Part shown: in pieces, positions 19,210 through 28,283 of the stretch
Layout: every line of letters begins with the position of its first letter
Numbering within the stretch: the stretch's first letter is position 1
Sequence record: NC_028448.1
DNA length: 64,000 nt
From: Escherichia phage slur14
Direction: 5' to 3' (one strand)
The notes under the pieces: generated by a model
Seen by the model: only the letters and a program-made list of their open reading frames with translations
What the model was told of the DNA's origin: nothing
Databases searched by the model: none
Made by a program: the position numbers and the translations under genes

Positions 19210-19713
19210 CTAGCTTACACGAACATTAATCACTGCGCTGCGAGGAACTACAGAGTACTCTCCAGCATGAACTACATTAAGAAGTTCAACGCCATCTTCA
19301 ATCCACTGGTCAGTTACCCAACCGCCGACCGGATTCGCGAATGGACGACGAATGTAAACTGCCTTACACAACAAATCAGTCGGGTCTTCAATTTTTTCAA
19401 CTGGTGCCACATACATAGAAACTAAATCCATATCAATATGGGATTTTTCCTGTTCTTCTTTTTCAATTTCTGTCAATAGACTAAAATCTTTTTCATAAAT
19501 AATAAGCGATGACACCATTCCATAATAGTTTCTAATTTCAATATACATCATGCCGATAAGAATTCCGCTATTAACACTAATAACAGTAAAAGGATATCCG
19601 CCAGTTAAAGCAAGAAGTTCACAAAACTTATTATGAGCTGTATTAGACAGTACCGGAAAATTCTTAATTTCATCAAATTTTTTCAATTGATAAACAGCAT
19701 TATTTTTAATCAT
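19210..19713 (-). CDS. Hypothetical protein (167 aa) with a MotB-like C-terminal domain
   Basis: C-terminus VTDQWIEDGVELLNVVHAGEYSVVP resembles MotB ITDQWVEDGVKLYNTVFLGTYKVIP. Confidence 0.55.
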   Translation of the reverse strand: MIKNNAVYQLKKFDEIKNFPVLSNTAHNKFCELLALTGGYPFTVISVNSGILIGMMYIEIRNYYGMVSSLIIYEKDFSLLTEIEKEEQEKSHIDMDLVSMYVAPVEKIEDPTDLLCKAVYIRRPFANPVGGWVTDQWIEDGVELLNVVHAGEYSVVPRSAVINVRVS

Positions 19714-19723
19714 AATTTTCTCT

Positions 19724-20227
19724 TTAATCTAAGGTAATAAAGCCTTTTAGTTCGGCATGTGACTTGCGGAACATTACTTGATGCCCGCCAACGATAACTT
19801 GGTCATCTGGTACTTCGTATACAGCAAGATAAAATCCTTTCGAAGCTAATTCTTCACGCTCTTCTCGTGTGAACCATCTCATCATATCATATTCGCTAGC
19901 GAAAGCAAAATGATAAAGAGCTATAAACCATCCTGGAATATAGTGATCTACGCCTACATATTCTTCTTTCTCAAAATTAGTATTAATTGCTATATTAGCA
20001 TTTTTAACTAATAATTTGTCTTCATGCGGCACAGGAATTCTTTTATTATCATTACTATGATGCATAAAATTGGGTCTGTCATAACCTACGCGTAATAACC
20101 ACTCTTCACTCCATGAATCTATTATACTCCTGTACGGAGTTATTTGAACACAAAGATCTCGACGTATTGTTATAGCATCTTCATAATTAAGAATACTAAA
20201 TGATGATTCAACACGATAAATTTTCAT
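19724..20227 (-). CDS. Hypothetical protein (167 aa)
   Basis: ORF downstream of the early promoter at about 20255..20283. Confidence 0.55.
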   Translation of the reverse strand: MKIYRVESSFSILNYEDAITIRRDLCVQITPYRSIIDSWSEEWLLRVGYDRPNFMHHSNDNKRIPVPHEDKLLVKNANIAINTNFEKEEYVGVDHYIPGWFIALYHFAFASEYDMMRWFTREEREELASKGFYLAVYEVPDDQVIVGGHQVMFRKSHAELKGFITLD

Positions 20228-20254
20228 TTTATTATCCTCAGTAGCTATGGTGTT

Positions 20255-20283
20255 ATAATACCATAACTAACCGAGGAAGTAAA
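20255..20283 (-). promoter_or_regulatory. Early promoter (TTTACT-N17-TATTAT)
   Basis: GTTTACTTCCTCGGTTAGTTATGGTATTAT on the minus strand. Confidence 0.6.
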
Positions 20284-20290
20284 CAACTTT

Positions 20291-20974
20291 TTATCGTTTA
20301 ATTGGAAGAGATAGAGGATCGCATTCTTCCTCTGACGGAGCATCTTCAAGACCCATAGCGTATCGCAAAGCATACTTCATCATCAGAATGTCTTTCGCAC
20401 AGTCATGAATAGAATCATGTGCAACGAATCCATCTAAAGTTCCTTTTGGAAGAGGACACGTGGTCATATCACGAACAAGCAGAAGTGCTTCAATTCTGGT
20501 ACGAATATCACGCTGATTCCAGAATTTACAAGGTTCTAACTTAAATGTATCAAGCTCATTCTCGGAAACGCCGTTAAGACGTTGAATATCGCGAATGAGA
20601 TCGACTAAAATTGGAAAATCAAACGACATTCCACGGCACCAACCTTGAGATTTCCAAGGATCGATGTTATGTGCATTGATGTAATCATTAAATTTTGCAA
20701 TACCATCGATAGTGCTTACATCTTCATCGGATGGTGCAATATTTTTTCGAGCTTCAGGAGATTGATTCTTCCACCATTCGATAGTACTTTTAGTAAAAAG
20801 ACGATGTCCTTTTTGGCTTTTTAAATCAAATTTGATTTTAATGCCACGTGAAACTAATTCATCAAATGTTTCAACCACTTCTGGATTAGGGTCAAAAGCA
20901 ATTACAGCTAAATCAATAACCGCTGCTTTTTCACCACTTCCCATTGTTTCAAAATCTATAATAAAATCAAACAT
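20291..20974 (-). CDS. dexA: Exonuclease A DexA
   Basis: 227 aa, the T4 dexA length; DnaQ-like exonuclease N-terminus (DFETMG). Confidence 0.9.
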   Translation of the reverse strand: MFDFIIDFETMGSGEKAAVIDLAVIAFDPNPEVVETFDELVSRGIKIKFDLKSQKGHRLFTKSTIEWWKNQSPEARKNIAPSDEDVSTIDGIAKFNDYINAHNIDPWKSQGWCRGMSFDFPILVDLIRDIQRLNGVSENELDTFKLEPCKFWNQRDIRTRIEALLLVRDMTTCPLPKGTLDGFVAHDSIHDCAKDILMMKYALRYAMGLEDAPSEEECDPLSLPIKR

Positions 20975-21231
20975 TAAATTTTCCTCGCTAAATCACGAAT
21001 TTGACCTACAGTATAGTCTTGAATATAAACTTTATTGATAGGCTCATCAATAAATTTTGCCATAGATTCAATGTCTTTTTGTATTTCTTCAAGACTGTAT
21101 ACTATCTTTAAAGCTTTTTCGCGAATAGTAATATTTTCAGGACCCTGATTTTCTTTAATGACAGCTTTAACATTTGCCATAAGAGATTTAAATTGGTACC
21201 AACTTAATTCAATCATTAATAATCGCCTCAT
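20974..21231 (-). CDS. Hypothetical protein (85 aa), paralogue of the next ORF
   Basis: Shares LEEIQKD/LEEIERD and DY.(V/L)G(Q/E)I motifs with 21209..21469. Confidence 0.5.
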   Translation of the reverse strand: MRRLLMIELSWYQFKSLMANVKAVIKENQGPENITIREKALKIVYSLEEIQKDIESMAKFIDEPINKVYIQDYTVGQIRDLARKI

Positions 21232-21469
21232 AAAGATAGCTAATTTCGCCTAAAACATAATCATTAATTGTAACAGTTTTCACTTCACCGCAAAAGAATT
21301 CTAACGCAATTAAATCTCGTTCAATTTCTTCTAATTGAAGCATCAACTTACTAGATTCAATTTTTACAGTTTCACGATTTTTACCATGAGCAATTTCATA
21401 AATTTCGCTCACTTTATCTTGAAGCAGATAAAACTGGTCTTTAGTTATTTCCACGAATAGCTTCCTCAA
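21209..21469 (-). CDS. Hypothetical protein (86 aa), paralogue of the previous ORF
   Basis: See previous entry. Confidence 0.5.
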   Translation of the reverse strand: MRKLFVEITKDQFYLLQDKVSEIYEIAHGKNRETVKIESSKLMLQLEEIERDLIALEFFCGEVKTVTINDYVLGEISYLYEAIIND

Positions 21470-21701
21470 ATTTAATTAGTAATTTACAGACACTTTCATC
21501 TAGTGTAATTACCGTATCTGTATTACTGTGATATGATTGTTTTTCAATTCGTTTAATTGCTAATATAGTATCACTTATAAGATAAAGCTTATGAAGGAGC
21601 TCAGCTCCTGTTACCATAACATTAAGATTATCTTGCTTATTAGTATGCTTCCTTATACCATCTATTAGACGATTTAAATATTTTGAATTGATGTTAATCA
21701 T
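21441..21701 (-). CDS. Hypothetical protein (86 aa)
   Basis: ORF immediately downstream of dda. Confidence 0.5.
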   Translation of the reverse strand: MININSKYLNRLIDGIRKHTNKQDNLNVMVTGAELLHKLYLISDTILAIKRIEKQSYHSNTDTVITLDESVCKLLIKFEEAIRGNN

Positions 21702-21707
21702 ATAGCC

Positions 21708-23027
21708 TCACACATAAAACACATCATAACGACCACGGGTGACACCAACATAAAGAAGCTGCTGAGCTAGTTCAGCATCTGCATAATGAATACAAGGCGT
21801 ATAAATGAAAGCACGGTCTACAGACATACCCTGAGCTTTATGGAATGTTGATGCAGGAAGTGCTTTCACTTTACTAAACTGTGATTTAGCATCCCAAAAA
21901 TCACTCCACGGAGCTTTTCCGCCTTTGTTCCAATTTTTATAAGTTTCTGCCGTTTTACCTAAAAATAGGTTAAACTTATATAGCTCTTCATCAGATGAAA
22001 TTATTTTAATCTTTTCACGATAATATTCATCATCGCCGTAAGTTTCTACTGTTAAATCCCAATGACGAATTAAGTATTCTCCAGGAACACCACGAGCTTT
22101 AACAAATGTTGATGTATACTCTGCTTCTATAATACGAACTAATTGTCCGTTATTAAAAATAATTTCTGACACAGGCTTTCCATCAATTTTATATGTTTTA
22201 ATTAATGGTTCCTGCATTACAATAATTTCACCGACAATAAAATCTTTATCAGTTTCAAAAATCTTTTTACGAATAATGCTATTTAACTTATCAACAGATT
22301 TATTCGTAAATGCCATTACGCGATTTTCAAACAAATCATCTAAAGATTTGACGATTGAAAAATAATTTACCATAAAATCGCGTAAAGCGGTATCACCAGT
22401 AAATCCACGTACTCCATGCCCGTCAACAACTTTATCATAAATCCACTTACCATTACGAACGTCAGTAGCTACATCAATAATAGGAGCATTACTGCGTTTA
22501 ACTTCAGTGAGTTCACACTGATAAAAATCTTTATGTGTAAAGAACGGACTGATATAAGCAGTGTTTTCTCCTGGGTCAACAGGTCTAATTTGCTTATTAT
22601 CGCCTATTCCAATTATAGTACACCAAGGTGGGATAGTTGAAAGCAGAATTTTAAATAGCTTTCTATCATACATTGACACTTCGTCGCAGATTAATACCCT
22701 GCATTTAGCTAAATCTGGTACTTCCTTCTGCTCAAAAAGAACATTTTCTTCATATGTTACTGGGTTAATTTTAAGAATACTATGAATAGTACTCGCTTCT
22801 TTCCCTGATAGTTTTGAAAGAATCTTTTTAGCCGCATGCGTAGGAGCTGCTAAAATAATACCAGTTTCACCCGTAGATATTAAAGCTTCAATGATGAACT
22901 TAGTAAGAGTAGTCTTACCAGTACCAGCAGGTCCATTAATAGTTACATGATGTTTCTTTTCTTTAATAGCCCTCATAACGATGTTAAAGGCATTTTTCTG
23001 GCCTTCTGTCAAATCATCAAATGTCAT
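21708..23027 (-). CDS. dda: DNA helicase Dda
   Basis: 439 aa; SF1 helicase Walker A (GPAGTGKT); T4 Dda length. Confidence 0.95.
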   Translation of the reverse strand: MTFDDLTEGQKNAFNIVMRAIKEKKHHVTINGPAGTGKTTLTKFIIEALISTGETGIILAAPTHAAKKILSKLSGKEASTIHSILKINPVTYEENVLFEQKEVPDLAKCRVLICDEVSMYDRKLFKILLSTIPPWCTIIGIGDNKQIRPVDPGENTAYISPFFTHKDFYQCELTEVKRSNAPIIDVATDVRNGKWIYDKVVDGHGVRGFTGDTALRDFMVNYFSIVKSLDDLFENRVMAFTNKSVDKLNSIIRKKIFETDKDFIVGEIIVMQEPLIKTYKIDGKPVSEIIFNNGQLVRIIEAEYTSTFVKARGVPGEYLIRHWDLTVETYGDDEYYREKIKIISSDEELYKFNLFLGKTAETYKNWNKGGKAPWSDFWDAKSQFSKVKALPASTFHKAQGMSVDRAFIYTPCIHYADAELAQQLLYVGVTRGRYDVFYV

Positions 23028-23335
23028 CGGAAAGTCCCTGCAATTGGAATACTAACAATACGCCCAGTATCTAGAATTCGTTGATATAATCTTTGTGTAT
23101 CTACATCAGGCTTAACGTGTTTAACTTCTATTTTATTAAACCAAAACTTGCGTGGAGTCTCAACTAGTCTTCGAATTCCCATACCTAAAGCTAGTTTATA
23201 TTGGTCTTTGAGAGTAGTAAAAACTCTATCAGCAATCTCTCTTTCAAAAAATACAGCAGGACGATGTTCATCAAGTGGAACTGGCGCCGTAAATCCGTCT
23301 TTGTCTCGGTAAACTATCGCATATACATAAACCAT
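23024..23335 (-). CDS. Hypothetical protein (103 aa; dda.1-like position)
   Basis: ORF with ATGA overlap to dda. Confidence 0.55.
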   Translation of the reverse strand: MVYVYAIVYRDKDGFTAPVPLDEHRPAVFFEREIADRVFTTLKDQYKLALGMGIRRLVETPRKFWFNKIEVKHVKPDVDTQRLYQRILDTGRIVSIPIAGTFR

Positions 23336-23336
23336 A

Positions 23337-24083
23337 TTATCCTCGGATAAGTTTAAAAATTGAACAATTCAGCGGATATCCTCTTTTCAGTTTAAGTTTA
23401 TCAATAAAAGACAAGTTTTGATACCGCTCTACACCTTGAATAATTTTATCACACATATCATATTGCATTTCTGCTTCTGACAACTTTTTCACAATTTTCC
23501 AATCCGAGCCTTTAAGAAGAACGTTCAGTTTAACAACTTCAGCGCCTTCTGCTATGCGAGAACCATCAATACGAGCTTTAAGTGCTATAATCCTTAGCTT
23601 AATATCAGAGGTCTGTTTTGATTTAGAAAGCTTAGAAATGTGTTCAATTCGGTTTTCACGTTTTTTCTGTATAGCTTTAATTTGATTATAAGTCTTTTTG
23701 ATTTTAGCCCATTTCTTTTCATCTAAATTTAGTTTATGAACTTTTTTCGCAGATGAACGACCAATTCGCAAAGCAAACAAATCACGCTTTTCGATCAACT
23801 CTTCTAAAGTATAATCAGAACGAAATGTATTATACTTTTTCTTTACTGCAATAACATTCCCTTTAATGTATCCAACGTTATTATCAAAACGTTCTAATGA
23901 TAATTTCTCTCCTTCAATACGATTATCAAAAGGTTCTCCTGAGTAAGCACAAACTTTCTGATCTAAAATGTTCTTAATGTAATTGAAGTCTAAGTTAAAA
24001 TCTTTAGAACGTCTTTTTGCAGATGCCTGGGTATGCTCTAGACGACGTTTAATTTTACGAATTTGGTTATTAGACAGCTTCAT
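23337..24083 (-). CDS. srd: Srd-like protein (248 aa)
   Basis: Size and position (between modA and dda) fit T4 srd; sequence identity not verified. Confidence 0.55.
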   Translation of the reverse strand: MKLSNNQIRKIKRRLEHTQASAKRRSKDFNLDFNYIKNILDQKVCAYSGEPFDNRIEGEKLSLERFDNNVGYIKGNVIAVKKKYNTFRSDYTLEELIEKRDLFALRIGRSSAKKVHKLNLDEKKWAKIKKTYNQIKAIQKKRENRIEHISKLSKSKQTSDIKLRIIALKARIDGSRIAEGAEVVKLNVLLKGSDWKIVKKLSEAEMQYDMCDKIIQGVERYQNLSFIDKLKLKRGYPLNCSIFKLIRG

Positions 24084-24120
24084 ATTTTTCTCACATCTTA
24101 CGGACGGTTAACTACTTATA

Positions 24121-24148
24121 CTATAACATTTTTACTTTAACTTGTAAA
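24121..24148 (-). promoter_or_regulatory. Early promoter upstream of the srd-like gene
   Basis: TTTACA-N16-TATAGT on the minus strand. Confidence 0.55.
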
Positions 24149-24163
24149 CAACTTTATGAAAAA

Positions 24164-24188
24164 TGCTTTAAAACTTTCATGGTATAAT
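24164..24188 (+). promoter_or_regulatory. Plus-strand middle-promoter-like element (TGCTTTA, 12 bp, TATAAT), antisense to modA
   Basis: MotA-box consensus and extended -10 (TGGTATAAT) with correct spacing, on the strand opposite to the genes. Confidence 0.3.
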
Positions 24189-24205
24189 GAATCTAAGTCC
24201 TTCCA

Positions 24206-24808
24206 TTATAGATTAAATCCTTCAAAATCAAGAGTATAGATAGTGTATGTTGAATACTTTTTGTATTCATATCTATCTGCAATTCTAAATACACTTCCAG
24301 CTGGTATCATTACTTCTTGTTCATCTGAAACTAATTCCATATTACGATAACGATGACTATCCGGAAACTTAAAGTTTGGATTGTATTCTTTACAGCGTAG
24401 AGCTTTTATAGCATACTCCTGGAAATTGAACACCATAGGAGCTTTGAATTCAAAAATAACTTGTGTGTTATACTCTAAACCGGAAGCAAAATGTAGAGCT
24501 ATATTTTTATCATATGAAGCTGATACGACTTTATCAAATGTAATAATATCAATTCCTTGATTTAACACCTGCTTAGTCTCAGCTGGAACACCTCTCCAAA
24601 GAGGTTTATCGTTTGGAACCAAACGAGATTTGATTATTTCATTTAACCAAGTATGGTCATCTGGTTTGTTGGTAATACAATGAATTAAAAGTTCAATTTC
24701 AGATAAATTAAACCCTTCAGAAAGTAATTCTTCACGAATAGAAGCACGCACCGATGCATCCATTGATTTTATTTTAAAATCTTTTAGTTGCATTATTGAG
24801 TATTTCAT
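24206..24808 (-). CDS. modA: ADP-ribosyltransferase ModA
   Basis: 200 aa; ART motifs (WRGV, SAS, EQE). Confidence 0.75.
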   Translation of the reverse strand: MKYSIMQLKDFKIKSMDASVRASIREELLSEGFNLSEIELLIHCITNKPDDHTWLNEIIKSRLVPNDKPLWRGVPAETKQVLNQGIDIITFDKVVSASYDKNIALHFASGLEYNTQVIFEFKAPMVFNFQEYAIKALRCKEYNPNFKFPDSHRYRNMELVSDEQEVMIPAGSVFRIADRYEYKKYSTYTIYTLDFEGFNL

Positions 24809-25428
24809 TCAACTACCTCAATATCATAAACTTTAAATGTTCCAAATGAATCGTGTAATTTTTCTTTTGAAATAGAAGTTATTCTATACTTTCCAATTGG
24901 AATCATCCATTCTTGTTCACGCACAATCATCATTAAGTTATCAGTACGCTCTGAATCTAGCCCATCAGTATCTTCATACGTGTACTTAAACTCAGTATTA
25001 GGAGAAGAAAGTATAATATCGCTGATATGGTCAGAATAATTAAAAGCTTTATCAGTTTTTAAGCGAAGTATTATTTTAGTAAAATATTCAGCATAAGAAA
25101 AAGAACATGCTGTGAGTAAACTAGTAGTAAATGAATCTACCCTGTTCGTTGAAAACACTTCTCCAACTTGTAAATCTTTAATAAGTTCTTCTGTTGATTT
25201 TGATATACCACGATATAACTGATATGGTGATTTAGTTAAATGCTTTTTAATGATTTTATTCAATTGCCGATGAAGAGCTTCATTCTTTTTAGCTTCCATA
25301 CATTGCCAAAGAACAGACTGCTCAAAGTCAGTAAATTTTTCACAGACCTTTTTATACATATCATATTGAAAATCAACGCTTTCAGCTTTTATAGATAACT
25401 GTTCAACATCTGCAAGATTAATAATCAT
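24805..25428 (-). CDS. modB: ADP-ribosyltransferase ModB
   Basis: 207 aa; ART motifs (LYRGI, REQEW). Confidence 0.75.
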   Translation of the reverse strand: MIINLADVEQLSIKAESVDFQYDMYKKVCEKFTDFEQSVLWQCMEAKKNEALHRQLNKIIKKHLTKSPYQLYRGISKSTEELIKDLQVGEVFSTNRVDSFTTSLLTACSFSYAEYFTKIILRLKTDKAFNYSDHISDIILSSPNTEFKYTYEDTDGLDSERTDNLMMIVREQEWMIPIGKYRITSISKEKLHDSFGTFKVYDIEVVE

Positions 25429-25454
25429 GATAGCCTCCGTATACTTCAGAAGCT

Positions 25455-25483
25455 ATCATATCATCGTTAGAAAGGAAAGTAAA
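25455..25483 (-). promoter_or_regulatory. Early promoter (TTTACT-N17-TATGAT)
   Basis: GTTTACTTTCCTTTCTAACGATGATATGAT on the minus strand, upstream of modB. Confidence 0.55.
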
Positions 25484-25495
25484 CAACTTTTTGAA

Positions 25496-25678
25496 TTATT
25501 TTGCCCAGGGAGCCCAGGGCGGAGGGTCAAGATGGTATGAAGCTAGTTCTTCTAGAAGAGCATCTGGGGCTTCAATTCCATAATTCTGTAATACTATACG
25601 GTACTCTTTCTTATAATCACTAGAATCATTCTGGATATTCGTAGAATGATTATCTTCTAACATCTCAAATAAATCCAT
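25496..25678 (-). CDS. Hypothetical protein (60 aa)
   Basis: ORF. Confidence 0.45.
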   Translation of the reverse strand: MDLFEMLEDNHSTNIQNDSSDYKKEYRIVLQNYGIEAPDALLEELASYHLDPPPWAPWAK

Positions 25679-25686
25679 ATTAATTC

Positions 25687-26157
25687 CTAGCGATAAAAAC
25701 CAAAGTGACGATTAGCTTCAACAATCTTTCTTTCTTCTTCGGACATTCTCCAGCGTAGTCCAACATCAAAATGAGCCCAGACCATCCTAACAAATGCATT
25801 TATATCTTTAATATCTTCAATAATGAATGTTTTACTTTTAGAAGGTTGACTCGCTAATTTAACTTTATCGTCTTCAAACATGTCAAAAAGACCATATTCA
25901 TGAGCTCTTTTATAGCCTTTAATAGTTAAAGCTTCAGAAGAAGAAAACGGTGAATCAGTATTCTGCAAAATATCTTCAGTATGCTTTATAATTAGAATAA
26001 TATTTTCTGGATATTTTCTTTCTTTTATATCTTTAATTAAAATATCCGGATTTTCTGCTAAAGGAATAATTAACGAGCAATTTTTATCAAGTGTATTTAC
26101 TGATTTACCTTCTTTGGACATAAATTCTATTGAATAATGTTTTGCTACTTCAATCAT
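25687..26157 (-). CDS. Hypothetical protein (156 aa)
   Basis: ORF in the modA.x/mrh region. Confidence 0.55.
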   Translation of the reverse strand: MIEVAKHYSIEFMSKEGKSVNTLDKNCSLIIPLAENPDILIKDIKERKYPENIILIIKHTEDILQNTDSPFSSSEALTIKGYKRAHEYGLFDMFEDDKVKLASQPSKSKTFIIEDIKDINAFVRMVWAHFDVGLRWRMSEEERKIVEANRHFGFYR

Positions 26158-26310
26158 GTGATTTCCTTTTGCCTACTAATGGACCGTCAGGAATTTTGTT
26201 TTCCTGGATATATTTCTCATTTTCTTCCATCATTTTACTGCCAATTTTAAGAAGCAAATCCAAGGCTTCATTTGCTTTTGCTTTGGCCTCTTCTAACGTC
26301 ATATCTTTGC

Positions 26311-26514
26311 TCATGATTTATCACCGTAAATATCTCTCATTAATTTAAGAGCTGAGCGCTCTAATTTCTTTTCTTGCTCAGCTTTAATCATAGATTTCAT
26401 CCACTCTTCTGATTCGTTCTGCATTTCTTTATTTGCTTGTTCAACCCAGCCATCATCAATATACATTGAGTTTGGTCTATTGAGCCATTCAAGAATCTTC
26501 TTCAGAACTTTCAT
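26311..26514 (-). CDS. Hypothetical protein (67 aa)
   Basis: ORF; charged, helical-looking. Confidence 0.5.
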   Translation of the reverse strand: MKVLKKILEWLNRPNSMYIDDGWVEQANKEMQNESEEWMKSMIKAEQEKKLERSALKLMRDIYGDKS

Positions 26515-26974
26515 TTATTTTACCTAAAACAATAGTAGGAGCATCGTCAAATTCATGAATTTTTAGCAAATTTGGTTTTAAATTATTCCATACATAATAA
26601 ATAAAGTATGATAAAGCATCTTCACTCGCAATTATAAATTTATTTCCTTCATTTATTTTCCAGTCATATACTGAATCGTACGAATAAAAAGATAAAGGAT
26701 TACCATTATATTGTTCTGCGCTAACATTAATGTATTCGGATTTAGTAAATGCTTCAATTGCTCTAAACGGACTATTTGGCACAGTTTCAATAATTCCGAT
26801 CTTTTTAAGTTTTATTTCAACATCTTCTGGAACTGGCATTGAAACGAAATTTTCTACGAGATACATAGGGTTACAATAACCCTTATCAATCACTACGGCT
26901 ACAGTAATTGGAACATCTTTAGCAAACGACATGCTATTACTGCTAATATACATTTCAAACAAAATCGCTTCCAT
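26489..26974 (-). CDS. Hypothetical protein (about 161 aa from an internal ATG with GAGGAAAAT RBS)
   Basis: The track ORF 26489..27007 is trimmed to the RBS-supported start. Confidence 0.5.
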   Translation of the reverse strand: MEAILFEMYISSNSMSFAKDVPITVAVVIDKGYCNPMYLVENFVSMPVPEDVEIKLKKIGIIETVPNSPFRAIEAFTKSEYINVSAEQYNGNPLSFYSYDSVYDWKINEGNKFIIASEDALSYFIYYVWNNLKPNLLKIHEFDDAPTIVLGKINESSEEDS

Positions 26975-26982
26975 AATTTTCC

Positions 26983-27315
26983 TCAATCGCAAGATGTAGA
27001 TGAACAACCAGAATCACAAGAACTTCCGCATGAATCACCTGCCCATACATGAACAGGGACATTTGTATCATATGAATCAGAACTAGACTGTGTATTAGAT
27101 GATGTAGTAGGTACTGACCAGCGCCAAGGATTTTTATAATATTCTTGGGCTTCTTCATAAGTCATAGTAACTGCTTCTACTGTTCCATCTCCCATATAAA
27201 CATATTCAACTACAGTTAAAGAGAGGTAGTCATTTGAAATAGGAACTACACCTTCTCCGGGAGTTGTAGAGAAAAAATCCGTAAAGAAACTTTTAAACCA
27301 ATTAAAGATAAACAT
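26983..27315 (-). CDS. Hypothetical protein with a Cys/Ser-rich C-terminal tail ([18 protein letters not shown])
   Basis: 110-aa ORF, TAATG-coupled to the upstream ORF. Confidence 0.5.
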   Translation of the reverse strand: MFIFNWFKSFFTDFFSTTPGEGVVPISNDYLSLTVVEYVYMGDGTVEAVTMTYEEAQEYYKNPWRWSVPTTSSNTQSSSDSYDTNVPVHVWAGDSCGSSCDSGCSSTSCD

Positions 27316-27521
27316 TACAAAAAGCCTCTCTTGAATTCGACTTGCTTTTCGCCATAATCATATCGAATCTCTGCATTAAATTCGACAGAACCATCTGCGT
27401 ACATCATAAATGAATGCACAACAACTTCTGTAGACCATGGCTGTAGTTCATATTTCTTCATTACATGTCGTGAAATGATAATATCTAAATCTTCATTTGG
27501 TTTAATCCAGCGATTTAACAT
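27315..27521 (-). CDS. Hypothetical protein (68 aa)
   Basis: ORF downstream of the early promoter at 27545..27575. Confidence 0.5.
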   Translation of the reverse strand: MLNRWIKPNEDLDIIISRHVMKKYELQPWSTEVVVHSFMMYADGSVEFNAEIRYDYGEKQVEFKRGFL

Positions 27522-27544
27522 AGTGCTCTCCTCTATAAGATAAT

Positions 27545-27575
27545 TCTATTATACCATACTCATTTTGGAAAGTAA
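27545..27575 (-). promoter_or_regulatory. Early promoter (TTTACT-N17-TATAAT)
   Basis: GTTTACTTTCCAAAATGAGTATGGTATAAT on the minus strand. Confidence 0.6.
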
Positions 27576-27583
27576 ACCATTTA

Positions 27584-27611
27584 AATGAAAAAAGGACTCC
27601 CGAAGGAGTCC
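27584..27611 (-). terminator. Intrinsic terminator after soc (GGACUCC-UUCGG-GAGUCC + U6)
   Basis: 7-bp stem followed by TTTTTT on the minus strand, immediately after the soc stop. Confidence 0.7.
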
Positions 27612-27617
27612 TTGAAT

Positions 27618-27863
27618 TTATTCACCAGTTACTTTCCACAAATCTTCATTTGCAGCAATCCATTCAGTACGTTGATTTTCTTCATATACTGTAGAATATG
27701 CTGCTTTTTCTGAAGGGAATGTCTGATAATGAGCACCAGAAATTTTGTGAACGTCAGAATAAAGAGGGAAAGCTACAGAAATTTCCTTTCCTTCAATTTT
27801 CTTATTTCCATCTAATTTCTGCTCAAATGTTTTGATATTAACATAACCGCGAGTACTAGCCAT
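27618..27863 (-). CDS. soc: Small outer capsid protein Soc
   Basis: MASTRGYVNIKTFEQKLDGNKKIEGKEISVAFPLYSDVHKISGAHYQTFPSEK... matches T4 Soc as recalled. Confidence 0.95.
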   Translation of the reverse strand: MASTRGYVNIKTFEQKLDGNKKIEGKEISVAFPLYSDVHKISGAHYQTFPSEKAAYSTVYEENQRTEWIAANEDLWKVTGE

Positions 27864-27879
27864 GTAATTCTCCTTTTAT

Positions 27880-28089
27880 TTAAATTACATGATTATTTAT
27901 AATAAATTCTCGCGGAACGTTAAAATACCCAATTTTAGTTAATATAACAACATCGCCGTTAATAATTACCGGAGAATAATCTTCTGGAGCATTAAATTTC
28001 CAATGGGCTCTAATATTATATCCATCAGAACCAAATGCTCGACTAGCCGGTCTCCCGGCTTTTTGCCATGCATAAAAATCAAATTTCAT
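27880..28089 (-). CDS. Hypothetical protein (69 aa)
   Basis: ORF. Confidence 0.5.
   Translation of the reverse strand: MKFDFYAWQKAGRPASRAFGSDGYNIRAHWKFNAPEDYSPVIINGDVVILTKIGYFNVPREFIINNHVI
27894..27901 (-). promoter_or_regulatory. Late promoter TATAAATA for soc
   Basis: Exact TATAAATA on the minus strand about 30 nt upstream of the soc ATG. Confidence 0.65.
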
Positions 28090-28283
28090 TTTGAATGCTC
28101 TATAATTAATTTTAAAGCTTCTTCACTGACAAAAATTTCGTCAGGACCTTCTATAATTTCAACCATACGAAGTTGATTAGTTAAGAGCTCACACACGAGC
28201 TCTTTGTTATAATCTTTAAATAGCTGGTCAATACGTTTCTTATGGGCTTTCTTGAGCTGGCGTTTATTTAAACTAGCCATCAA
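28086..28283 (-). CDS. Hypothetical protein (65 aa)
   Basis: ORF with ATGA overlap. Confidence 0.5.
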   Translation of the reverse strand: MMASLNKRQLKKAHKKRIDQLFKDYNKELVCELLTNQLRMVEIIEGPDEIFVSEEALKLIIEHSK

